Of a stretch of 29,592 nucleotides of DNA, positions 7,799 to 16,269 are shown one piece after another. Position 1 is the first letter of the stretch; each line of letters opens with the position of its first letter. The stretch covers positions 1 to 29,592 of the forward strand of contig DATCYV010000112.1 of NCBI GenBank assembly GCA_036526215.1, in the 5' to 3' direction. Below the pieces are notes generated by a model. The model searched no databases. It was not told the DNA's origin and worked only from the letters and a program-made list of their open reading frames with translations. This DNA is from Candidatus Saccharimonadales bacterium. GTDB taxonomy: Bacteria > Patescibacteriota > Saccharimonadia > Saccharimonadales > UBA4665. The position numbers and the translations under genes were made by a program.

Positions 7799-10342
7799 CT
7801 AAGCGGTGTAGCGCTTGATTTCGCTCTTGATGGCATCGAGCCGGGCCTCGGCTTCGGCAAGTTGGCTGCGGGTTTGCTCAACTACGTGCGCAGGGGCGTT
7901 ATCGACGTAGCTCTTATTGCCTAGGCGGGCTGCCAGACGGGACACGGACTCAGTTTCGGCCTTACGGTTTTCCTCGAGTTTATCTGTGTAGCGCTTGGCA
8001 ACGTCGGGCTCAATCGCGAGCCAGGCTTCGGTGGTACCTTGGGTCAGCTTAAGGCCGTTCGACTGGTCGACCGTGATCATGGCTTCAAGGTGTCCCATGC
8101 GCTTAATGACCTCTTGGTTATCAGTGAGCGCCTTTGCTGGCTTGTACTCGAGCACACTTTGGCGAATGCCAAGGTTCTTGAGGACGCCACGTACTTCGGT
8201 AATAACCGTCTTGGCTTGCTCAAAGGCTTGGCTGCGCTTTTTGTCGCCGGCCTTCACGGTTGGCCACTCGCTGCTTGCGAGCAAGCTGTCTTTTTCCCCG
8301 GCGAGTGTCTGCCAAATAGTCTCGGTTACAAACGGCGCGAACGGGTGGGCAATCTTGAGTACGGCTGTCAGCGCATAGGCTAGTAATGGCAGGTTTTCTT
8401 CGGCTTTTGATGCTTCGATGTACCAGTCGGCAAAATCATCCCACACAAAGTGGTACAAACGCTCGTAGGCCTCAGCAAATCGGTAGTTATCGAGATCGGC
8501 AGCAATGCCGTCGGCGGTTTCACGGAGCTTGCTCAAAATCCAGTGGTCAGCGTCGGTTTTGGCTTCGACTTCCCCGCTTTGCTTTGTGTCACCGACTTTG
8601 TCTTCGACGTAGCGGGCGATGTTCCAGAGCTTGTTACAGAAGTTGCGGCCGCTCACAATCTTGGGCATGCCGAACGGCTGGTTGTTACCCGGGGTCTGGC
8701 CGGTGATGATACCCATGCGCATAGCATCGGAGCCGTATTGGTCAACGATGTCCATCGGGTTGATCACATTACCTTTACTCTTGCTCATCTTTTGGCCGTG
8801 TTCGTCCAAAATCAGGCCGTGCAGGTACACTGCCTTAAACGGGATACTGTCGGTTATGTACAGTCCGAGCATGATCATACGTGATACCCACGGGTATAAG
8901 ATGTCAAAGCCGGTTTCCATAAGGCTCAGCGGGTAATGCTCGCGGTAATCATCGCTGTCTGGATAGCCCAGGGTGGCATATGGCCACGAGCTGCTACTAA
9001 ACCAGGTGTCAAACACGTCGGGGTCGCGGCGGTACGTTTTGCCATCAACGGTGATGATCTCTTGGTCGACGCGTTCATCGTAAATCCAGTCATCGGTGTC
9101 GACGACGTTTTGGAAGGCTGGGATCGGGATGCCCCAAGCGATCTGGCGTGAGATGTTCCAGTCTTTCAGGTTCTCGAGGTAGTTAATGAGCTGGTCGCGC
9201 TTGCGCTCTGGGTAGAATGTAATCTCTCCCTTCTTGATGACCTTGATGGCACGCTGTGCGAGCGGCTGCATCTCGACAAACCACTGCTCCATGAGCATTG
9301 GCTCAATAACTGTATCGCACTTGTAGCAGTGGCCAACGCGGTTGACGTAGTTCTCGTCAACCTTAACCAGCAGATCTTTCTCTTTGAGGGCGGCTACCAC
9401 TGCTTTGCGGGCGTCGAGTATGGTCATGCCTTCAAAACGGCCCGCGTGGTGGTTCATGGTGCCGTCGTGGTTAATAACGCGCACTGCTGGCAGGTTGTGG
9501 CGCTGGGCGACTTCCCAGTCATCAAAGGAGTGCGCTGGTGTAATCTTTACTACGCCAGTACCGAAGTTAGGGTCAACCATTTCGTCGGCTACGACGCGGA
9601 CCTCGAACGGACCGTTGGCACCTTCAACGGTCACAACCTTCCCTACCCACTTTTTGTAACGCTCATCATCGGGGTGGACGGCAACGGCAGTGTCACCAAA
9701 CTTGGTTTCCGGGCGAGTAGTAGCCAGTTCGAACGGGCCGTACTTCATGTAGTACAGTGGCGTTTTACTGTCTTTGTAGGACACTTCAATATCGGCAAAA
9801 CCAGTGCGGTGGAAGGTGCAGTAGTTGACCAAGCGCTCACCTCTGTAGATGCGGCCTTCGTCCCACATGCGTTTAAAGGTGGCGTAGGCGCGCTGGACGA
9901 TCTTTTCATCTAGCGTAAAGGTATAGCGCGACCAATCGACGCTAGCGCCCAAACGGCGGAACTGGCTTTCAAAATTCGTGCGGTTTTGAGCAACAAATTC
10001 CCAAATATCTTTGTATAGCTCTTCGCGTGTGAAATCGAAGCGGCTCTTCCCTTCTTTGGCCAGGAATTTCTCGTACACAGCCTGGGTTTCAAACCCGGCG
10101 TGGTCGGCGCCTGGCACAAACAGTGTACGGTCGCCCTTTAGGCGGTGGTAGCGAATGGCAATATCTTGCAGGCCCAGTGTGATGGCGTGGCCAAGGTGGA
10201 GGTTGCCGTTGGCGTTTGGCGGTGGGACGACGACGGTGTAGCTCTTCCCTGCTTTACGTGGCTGGAAGGCTTGGGATTGCTCCCAAAGGGCATAGATGTC
10301 GGCCTCGTACAACGAAGGCTCGTACACTTTCGGTAACTTCAT
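7799..10342 (-). CDS. valS: Valine--tRNA ligase
   Basis: PPPNANGNLHLGH, DHAGFETQ, DWNISRQIAWG, DTWFSS, KMSKSKGN, C-terminal coiled coil. Confidence 0.97.
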   Translation of the reverse strand: MKLPKVYEPSLYEADIYALWEQSQAFQPRKAGKSYTVVVPPPNANGNLHLGHAITLGLQDIAIRYHRLKGDRTLFVPGADHAGFETQAVYEKFLAKEGKSRFDFTREELYKDIWEFVAQNRTNFESQFRRLGASVDWSRYTFTLDEKIVQRAYATFKRMWDEGRIYRGERLVNYCTFHRTGFADIEVSYKDSKTPLYYMKYGPFELATTRPETKFGDTAVAVHPDDERYKKWVGKVVTVEGANGPFEVRVVADEMVDPNFGTGVVKITPAHSFDDWEVAQRHNLPAVRVINHDGTMNHHAGRFEGMTILDARKAVVAALKEKDLLVKVDENYVNRVGHCYKCDTVIEPMLMEQWFVEMQPLAQRAIKVIKKGEITFYPERKRDQLINYLENLKDWNISRQIAWGIPIPAFQNVVDTDDWIYDERVDQEIITVDGKTYRRDPDVFDTWFSSSSWPYATLGYPDSDDYREHYPLSLMETGFDILYPWVSRMIMLGLYITDSIPFKAVYLHGLILDEHGQKMSKSKGNVINPMDIVDQYGSDAMRMGIITGQTPGNNQPFGMPKIVSGRNFCNKLWNIARYVEDKVGDTKQSGEVEAKTDADHWILSKLRETADGIAADLDNYRFAEAYERLYHFVWDDFADWYIEASKAEENLPLLAYALTAVLKIAHPFAPFVTETIWQTLAGEKDSLLASSEWPTVKAGDKKRSQAFEQAKTVITEVRGVLKNLGIRQSVLEYKPAKALTDNQEVIKRMGHLEAMITVDQSNGLKLTQGTTEAWLAIEPDVAKRYTDKLEENRKAETESVSRLAARLGNKSYVDNAPAHVVEQTRSQLAEAEARLDAIKSEIKRYTA

Positions 10343-10649
10343 TTTGTCGTCCCTGTTTACGTTAGTTTATACGAAAACTAGCATAACACTTTAAACAACA
10401 ATTTTCTACCTCTGTTTTTGATTCACGTGAAAAATTTCACAATGCAAACAAGGCTTTCTTGTGAAAACCCTACAACAAAACTCCTGAACTAAATGTTTGC
10501 TTTTTGTATAGGTCATGCATAATTGTTGCAAGGTACGATCCGTGGGTAAGTCGGGATAATATACCCGGTGTTTTTGTTTTTGCTCCCCGAGAATAATCAA
10601 GGTTGCCCAAACTTGCAACCCTGTTATTAAAACTACAATAATACCCCTG

Positions 10650-11711
10650 TCACATTGACAGGTTAGGGGCAGCGTCAATCAGCAACGGATCGGCCGTAGG
10701 CCGCCCGCAGCGTACGTGGTAACAGCCAAGGGCGGCAATCATAGCGCCATTGTCGCCGCAAAGCTTGAGGTCGGTGTATTCAACAGAGCAGGGGAGGCGG
10801 TCGGCAAGTTGCCGGCGGAGTTCGCCATTTGCTGCTACGCCGCCGCCAATAACCACGCTGGCAGGCTGATACTCATCGTAGGCTTCAAGAACCTTATCGA
10901 CGATGGTTTCGCAGGCGACGCGCTGAAAGCTTGCAGCAATATCGGCCTTTTGCACGTCGTTCAGCAGGCCAGGCAACTCAAAAGAGGGCAGGGAGTAATC
11001 TTTGCCGACCAATTCCTGCGCGAGCCGCAACGTAGCCGTTTTAATGCCCGAAAAACTAAAGTCATATTTGCCCGGCATTTTGGCCTTGGGTAATTTGTAG
11101 GCCATAGGGTTGCCGCTATCGGCCAGCCGCGAAACATTTACGCCGCCAGGGTAGGGGAGTCCAATAATCTTTGCTACTTTATCAAATGCCTCGCCGATTG
11201 CATCGTCACCGGTCTGGCCCAGCAGCTCGTAGTCAAAATGATCATTCCAGAGCGCTAGCTGGCTGTGCCCGCCGCTTACAATCACACCAAGCATCGGAAA
11301 CTGCGGCTGTTTGCTCGGTAACCGTAAACCTAGCTTTGGCGCATCTGTGATGAAGTTTGCGTAAATATGCCCCTCGACATGATTGACCGCATAAAGCGGC
11401 TTATTCTTTGCCAGAGCCAGCGTACGGGCGGCCAGCAGCCCAATCAGCAGACTGCCTTGCAGCCCAGCCCCATAGGTGACAGCAATGGCATCAATATCAT
11501 CCCAATCGCAGTCCGCATCGCTCAGCGCCTGGGTTATTACCGGCAGTATTGCTTCTATATGACTGCGTGCCGCGATTTCTGGGATGACGCCGCCGTACTT
11601 GGCGTGCAAATCCAAACTGGTGGCGATCACATTGCTCAGCAGGCGATAGCCGTCTTCTACTATGGCCGCGGCTGTTTCATCGCAACTTGACTCAATGCCC
11701 AAAACCTTCAT
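10650..11711 (-). CDS. tsaD: tRNA N6-adenosine threonylcarbamoyltransferase TsaD
   Basis: GIESSCDET, GGVIPEIAARSH, HVEGH, VSGGHS, DDAIGEAFDK, DNGAMIA. Confidence 0.96.
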   Translation of the reverse strand: MKVLGIESSCDETAAAIVEDGYRLLSNVIATSLDLHAKYGGVIPEIAARSHIEAILPVITQALSDADCDWDDIDAIAVTYGAGLQGSLLIGLLAARTLALAKNKPLYAVNHVEGHIYANFITDAPKLGLRLPSKQPQFPMLGVIVSGGHSQLALWNDHFDYELLGQTGDDAIGEAFDKVAKIIGLPYPGGVNVSRLADSGNPMAYKLPKAKMPGKYDFSFSGIKTATLRLAQELVGKDYSLPSFELPGLLNDVQKADIAASFQRVACETIVDKVLEAYDEYQPASVVIGGGVAANGELRRQLADRLPCSVEYTDLKLCGDNGAMIAALGCYHVRCGRPTADPLLIDAAPNLSM

Positions 11712-11867
11712 CTTATACCTAGCATAGCACACCCAAAGACTAACCTAAACGCACAATTAGCTAAACTAACAAGATTAGTAGCTAATAATTGACAATTCGT
11801 AGCGTTTATGCTTGAATGTTAGTAATAAAGCACAAAAAGCGCGGCAAGATAAGCAAGGAACAAACTC

Positions 11868-13301
11868 ATGGAGCGCAACGCAGTACCGCCATCATCACCA
11901 GGAGAAGATATACCGCAGTATCCCGAACAGTTACCTCAGTCTGCTGTCACGGAACAGCCTGAAGGCGAAGTTCGTCAGACGAGTGAACTCTTGGATGAGA
12001 AGGCACGCCGCGAAGCTCTCCGCCCACTGACTATTGCTGGCCAGCGTGCTGCAAATATGGTTAGGGCGCAGCTTGCCGCTACTCGTGAAGCCCGTATCGC
12101 TGGACTTGTTGGTAGTAGCGGCGTGAGTGGCGAAGAAGCCACAGAGCGCATAGAAGCTGAAGACGCTGCCATGGTTCAGGAGGTGGCTTACGAAGCTGCT
12201 GCCGAAACCAGGCACTTAATTGGAGAACGCGGCACGGACGACATGGACGGAATCTACGCAGAAGTTGCCCGTAGCTGCGCCGAAAACTTAAACAATCCGC
12301 TCGACCGTCCGGAAGGATATCCAATTGAGCAATGGCGCCAATTGACACGTAGTGAAAAGGAGCAGATTATTGCAGAGTCTGTCGAGCCTGATCGTGATCC
12401 TGAGCGGGCTACTGTCGAGGGCTCCGACTCCGCGCGCTCTGTGCGTGATGTTCTCCGTGATCTTCAAGAACAGCGTGCAGCATACGAAGCGGACAAAATG
12501 GGTGCGGACGAGTATCATACTGTGCTAAGTGGAGCGGTCTCGGCGCTGTGGGCATTGTATAGAGCCGGACAAATAAGCGTTGCAGAATACTGGAGTTTGG
12601 CGGCCCAAATAGATGAAGAAGGGTCGAGAATAGATAGTGGTTCTCAAGCGGGCCGCGCAGCAGAGCAGCCTGCGACAGATTTTTGGTCATCAGATCCTGA
12701 ACGGCACCAAGACTATTCAGGAGAGGCTGCTGGGGGTGCTACAGGTCATGAAGGGCCTGATGATCAGCGGTTTGGCACGCGCGATGATCTTGGCCGTTTA
12801 GCCGTTCGGCCCCTTCTGACTCCTGTTGCTCCGCCGTGGGGCGTTGGCCGTAACACTGTGCCCAACCCGCTGTACGGTGAGCCAGACGCGACACCTCGTC
12901 GCCCAGAGCGTCCACGTGGCTTTCGTGCACGTATTCGCCGCACATATGAGGTATTTGTCGATTGGTGGAATGGCTTTAGGCAGGATGGTGATACGACTGC
13001 TGCCGATCTGCCTCCGCACGAGGGTGGTCCTTACTCGATACGTGCTACCATCCTGCGTGGTTTAGGTTGGGCATCTGAGCAAGTTGGTTTGTCTCACCCA
13101 GAAGATCCGACGAGTCCCTATCATCGCAATTGGCTTCGTCGTATGGCCTGGTGGAAAAGACGTCGCGAGAATGCGCCACCTAGACAACCAAAGCAGCTGC
13201 CTGTTCCGCCAATATACGTTCGCGGCGCCTCACATCAGCCGGTACCGCCTACTACGGAGGGTTCTGGCTCAGGCCCTTCTGAGGAAGGCGCCGGCAATTG
13301 A
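11868..13301 (+). CDS. Hypothetical protein (acidic, largely disordered orphan)
   Basis: 477-codon ORF filling the tsaD-murE gap; AAGGA upstream; no recognisable family motif. Confidence 0.7.
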   Translation: MERNAVPPSSPGEDIPQYPEQLPQSAVTEQPEGEVRQTSELLDEKARREALRPLTIAGQRAANMVRAQLAATREARIAGLVGSSGVSGEEATERIEAEDAAMVQEVAYEAAAETRHLIGERGTDDMDGIYAEVARSCAENLNNPLDRPEGYPIEQWRQLTRSEKEQIIAESVEPDRDPERATVEGSDSARSVRDVLRDLQEQRAAYEADKMGADEYHTVLSGAVSALWALYRAGQISVAEYWSLAAQIDEEGSRIDSGSQAGRAAEQPATDFWSSDPERHQDYSGEAAGGATGHEGPDDQRFGTRDDLGRLAVRPLLTPVAPPWGVGRNTVPNPLYGEPDATPRRPERPRGFRARIRRTYEVFVDWWNGFRQDGDTTAADLPPHEGGPYSIRATILRGLGWASEQVGLSHPEDPTSPYHRNWLRRMAWWKRRRENAPPRQPKQLPVPPIYVRGASHQPVPPTTEGSGSGPSEEGAGN

Positions 13302-13345
13302 GACGACCCCTGGCACATATGCCTCAGGGGTCGTATACTTTTAGT

Positions 13346-14719
13346 ATGCGTACACTTGTTAAAAAAATTATCCCTGCCAGTGCGTTTCGGGCCATCGAGC
13401 CGTACGGGCATTTGGGTGAGGCGGTGCTGCTGAATGCGGCGAGCGGCTTCCCATCAAAAGGGCTAAAAGTTATTGGGGTGACTGGGACGAATGGCAAAAC
13501 CAGCACGGCGTTTTTAATTCACCGCATGCTTCACGAAGCGGGCTTTAAGGTTGGCCTGATGACCACCGTGGCGTATGGCGTGGGCAGCGACATTAAACCG
13601 CAAGTCGCCCACATGACGACCGTATCGGTACCTGAGCTACTTAACCGCATCAAGCAATTTAAGGCCCAGGGCGTGGAGTGGTTGGTTTTGGAAGTCACAA
13701 GTCACGCGCTCGCGCAGCACCGGGTGTGGAGCGTACCATTTAGTGTGGCGGTACTAACCAACGTCACGCACGAGCATCTGGATTATCACGGTACATTTGA
13801 GCGGTATGTTGATGCAAAGCGCCAATTATTTGTGCAGACCACCAATAATCGCAAGGGGCTGCGGGTGGGTATCATCAATGCCGAGGATCCGAGCGCCAAG
13901 CTGTTTGCGGACTCTATCGCGCACCCGGTGCTGTATGGCACGGGCAAGGCCGACTTGCGAGCCAAGGATATACAATTGTCGCCGGATGGTGTGGACTATA
14001 CGGCGGTGCACGGCGAGCGCACGTATCGCATCCATTGTAATTTGCCGGGGAGCTTCAATGTGTACAACTCGCTTGCAGCTATTGGCGTGGGCGAGGCGCT
14101 GGGTTTGAGCGTGGCACAGATCGAGCAAGGCATTGCCGCGCTTGAGGGTGTCGAGGGACGCATGACGCGCATCAGCGAAGGCCAAGATTTTAATGTGATT
14201 GTCGACTACGCACACACACCGGATAGTTTTGAAAAATTGTTCAAAGATTTGCGGCCGGTGGTGAAGGGCAGGTTAATTGTGTTGTTCGGTTCGGCTGGCC
14301 GGCGCGACGCAGCCAAGCGGGCGGTGCAGGGCAGGCTGGCTGGCGAGTATGCCGACGAAGTTATTGTGACCGAAGAGGACGATCGCGACATGGACGGCGC
14401 CGAGATTATGGGCGAAATTGCCGGGGGTGCCGAGCTAGCGGGCAAGGTGCAGGGCAAAGATCTCTTTTTGGTACACGACCGGCCGGAAGCTATTCAGTTT
14501 GCGATTGACCGCGCCAAAAAAGGCGACACCGTACTGCTGCTCGGCAAGGGGCACGAGAAGGATATTTTGCGCAATGGACCGCGGGCAGCCGAACTGCGGC
14601 ATTTGCCACAAGACGACCATAACCCAGAGCGGGTCGTGGAGTTCAAGTGGGACGAGATTGGCGTGGCGCGCAAGGCACTCAAAAAACGCCTTGGCAAATC
14701 TAGCAAGAGCAACAAGTAG
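13346..14719 (+). CDS. murE: UDP-N-acetylmuramyl-tripeptide synthetase (MurE-like Mur ligase)
   Basis: GVTGTNGKTST, LEVTSHAL, NVTHEHLDYH, VDYAHTPDS, GKGHE; start moved to MRTLV, 6 nt after TATACT. Confidence 0.9.
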   Translation: MRTLVKKIIPASAFRAIEPYGHLGEAVLLNAASGFPSKGLKVIGVTGTNGKTSTAFLIHRMLHEAGFKVGLMTTVAYGVGSDIKPQVAHMTTVSVPELLNRIKQFKAQGVEWLVLEVTSHALAQHRVWSVPFSVAVLTNVTHEHLDYHGTFERYVDAKRQLFVQTTNNRKGLRVGIINAEDPSAKLFADSIAHPVLYGTGKADLRAKDIQLSPDGVDYTAVHGERTYRIHCNLPGSFNVYNSLAAIGVGEALGLSVAQIEQGIAALEGVEGRMTRISEGQDFNVIVDYAHTPDSFEKLFKDLRPVVKGRLIVLFGSAGRRDAAKRAVQGRLAGEYADEVIVTEEDDRDMDGAEIMGEIAGGAELAGKVQGKDLFLVHDRPEAIQFAIDRAKKGDTVLLLGKGHEKDILRNGPRAAELRHLPQDDHNPERVVEFKWDEIGVARKALKKRLGKSSKSNK

Positions 14720-14721
14720 AA

Positions 14722-15582
14722 TTATTCGTTATCGAGCGTAAGGGTGGTGCAGCGGATGTAGCCGCCGCCCTTGGCGAGTTCGTGGATAACCGGCGTGATG
14801 GTTTTGAGGCCTTTGGCCTCGATGGCCGCTTTGAGCTGGGGTGCCTCGGCACTCATGATGACGGTTTCGCCGGTTGATACAAGGTTGCAGGCGAAGTGCT
14901 CTTTGGCTTCTTCGAGCGAGACTTCGACTTTATCAACGGCGGTCAGGCTGCGGATTTTGGCTTGGCTTTCTGGCGTAAACGCCTCTGGGCACCAGGCTAT
15001 GAGGCTTGGCGTCAGCACCGAAAGGGCAAGGTCGATGTCATAAAAGAAACTGTCGGGCCAGCCGGTAAGGCGGTTGGTAACTGGTTTGCCGTGCTCGTCG
15101 AGTTCGGGCACCGTTTGTAGGCTGACAACCTCGTAGCCGAGCGTGTCGGCGATAAACTGGTGCATACGTGGATCCGTGCGGTAGCCGCTGCCAGCAAAGA
15201 GCAGGTTGCCGCAGGACAGAGCATCGCCTTGGCCGCTAAAACGGAACGGCGGCTTGATAATCTCTTTGCCTTGTTCGCGCAGGTATTTTTCGGCCCAAGC
15301 TTCTTCGGCCTGGCGCTGTGGCGGCAGGGAAGACAGGATGGCTTTATTGCCGCGGCACAGTGCCCAGTTGGCGGTAAAAATGCCGTCCTGGCAGCTCTGG
15401 GGCGCGGGTACTTTTATGATGGTGACGCCAGCAGATTCGAGTGCTTGCTGGATCGAGGCAAACTCTTCGTTGGCTTTGGCGGCATCGGGCTGTGCATCAG
15501 CGTGCGAGTACGGGTTGAGTTCCTGCACGCTAAAATACGTAGCGCCGGACATTAGTACGGTTTGATTGATCTGGTGCTTCAT
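14722..15582 (-). CDS. Amidinotransferase/dimethylargininase-fold (guanidino-modifying) enzyme
   Basis: DGIFTAN, SGQGDAL, FYDIDLAL and GGGYIRCTTL motifs. Confidence 0.85.
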   Translation of the reverse strand: MKHQINQTVLMSGATYFSVQELNPYSHADAQPDAAKANEEFASIQQALESAGVTIIKVPAPQSCQDGIFTANWALCRGNKAILSSLPPQRQAEEAWAEKYLREQGKEIIKPPFRFSGQGDALSCGNLLFAGSGYRTDPRMHQFIADTLGYEVVSLQTVPELDEHGKPVTNRLTGWPDSFFYDIDLALSVLTPSLIAWCPEAFTPESQAKIRSLTAVDKVEVSLEEAKEHFACNLVSTGETVIMSAEAPQLKAAIEAKGLKTITPVIHELAKGGGYIRCTTLTLDNE

Positions 15583-15628
15583 TGCCCAGAATTATACAAG
15601 AAACAGCCGGGTTGACGTAGGTGAAATT

Positions 15629-15874
15629 ATGGAGTCTATGGTGCGCAGACCAAAGCGTAATAGAAAGGCTGGAGTTGGTGCTTTGGCCGAGAGTGATGAC
15701 CCCTGGCGTGACTTTTGTGCGTTGGTTTTTGATGAATACTTAGGCACGCGTCTCGACAGTGCTAAGCCAGATGAAGTGCACGCCGTCCACGATGAGCTCA
15801 TTGAACTAGATCGTAGTCTCAAAGCCCACATGCGACTTGTTCTACGTGAAGAAAACGCTTACATAGAGCAGTAG
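15629..15874 (+). CDS. Small hypothetical protein
   Basis: 81-aa ORF filling the gap and ending just before the groES promoter; no motif. Confidence 0.35.
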   Translation: MESMVRRPKRNRKAGVGALAESDDPWRDFCALVFDEYLGTRLDSAKPDEVHAVHDELIELDRSLKAHMRLVLREENAYIEQ

Positions 15875-15877
15875 TGC

Positions 15878-15907
15878 TTGACAGGTGTTCGCAGCCTGCG
15901 GTACATT
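15878..15907 (+). promoter_or_regulatory. Sigma-A promoter of groESL
   Basis: TTGACA-N18-TACATT upstream of CIRCE. Confidence 0.65.
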
Positions 15908-15921
15908 TGGATGTAGCAGAA

Positions 15922-15948
15922 TTAGCACTCGCACCATTTAAGTGCTAA
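15922..15948 (+). promoter_or_regulatory. CIRCE operator (HrcA binding site)
   Basis: TTAGCACTC-N9-AAGTGCTAA, one mismatch to TTAGCACTC-N9-GAGTGCTAA, directly upstream of groES. Confidence 0.92.
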
Positions 15949-15986
15949 TTCTCTTACTTACAAGGTCTAAAAAGGAGGAGTAATCC

Positions 15987-16256
15987 ATGAGTGTCAAAGT
16001 GCAACCTCTTGCAGAATACGTTGTGGCTGTGGCCGAAGAGGCACAAACCAAAACGGCCAGTGGTCTCTATCTACCGGGTAGTGCTACCGAAAAGCCAAAG
16101 GTCGCCAAAGTGGTCGCCGTCGGCAAAGAAGTAACCGATGTGAAGGTGGGTGACCGCATCCTCTACAAAAACGAGTACGAAGCAACCAACGTCAAGGTTG
16201 ACGGTGAAGCGTACATAATTGTGTACCAAAAGAACATTATTGCAACGGTGAACTAA
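15987..16256 (+). CDS. groES: Co-chaperonin GroES
   Basis: KTASGLYLP mobile loop, VKVGDRILY; AAAGGAGGAG upstream. Confidence 0.95.
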   Translation: MSVKVQPLAEYVVAVAEEAQTKTASGLYLPGSATEKPKVAKVVAVGKEVTDVKVGDRILYKNEYEATNVKVDGEAYIIVYQKNIIATVN

Positions 16257-16269
16257 AGGGGAGTAAGCA

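Noticed and set aside
7995-10336. Many antisense ORFs in valS (likewise in murE, groEL, argS, SGNH gene and mscL)
   Set aside because: Shadow frames of long, well-supported genes
10343-10649. T-box riboswitch upstream of valS
   Set aside because: No T-box (GGTGGTACCGCG-like) sequence on the minus strand; the promoter is only about 40 nt from the ATG
10406-10678. 90-aa minus-strand ORF between tsaD and valS
   Set aside because: Overlaps the tsaD end, no RBS, no motif, AT-rich non-coding-like composition
14365-14395. MurE lacks the DNPR meso-DAP motif (EDDRDM instead)
   Set aside because: This motif varies widely, and substrate cannot be inferred reliably from it alone
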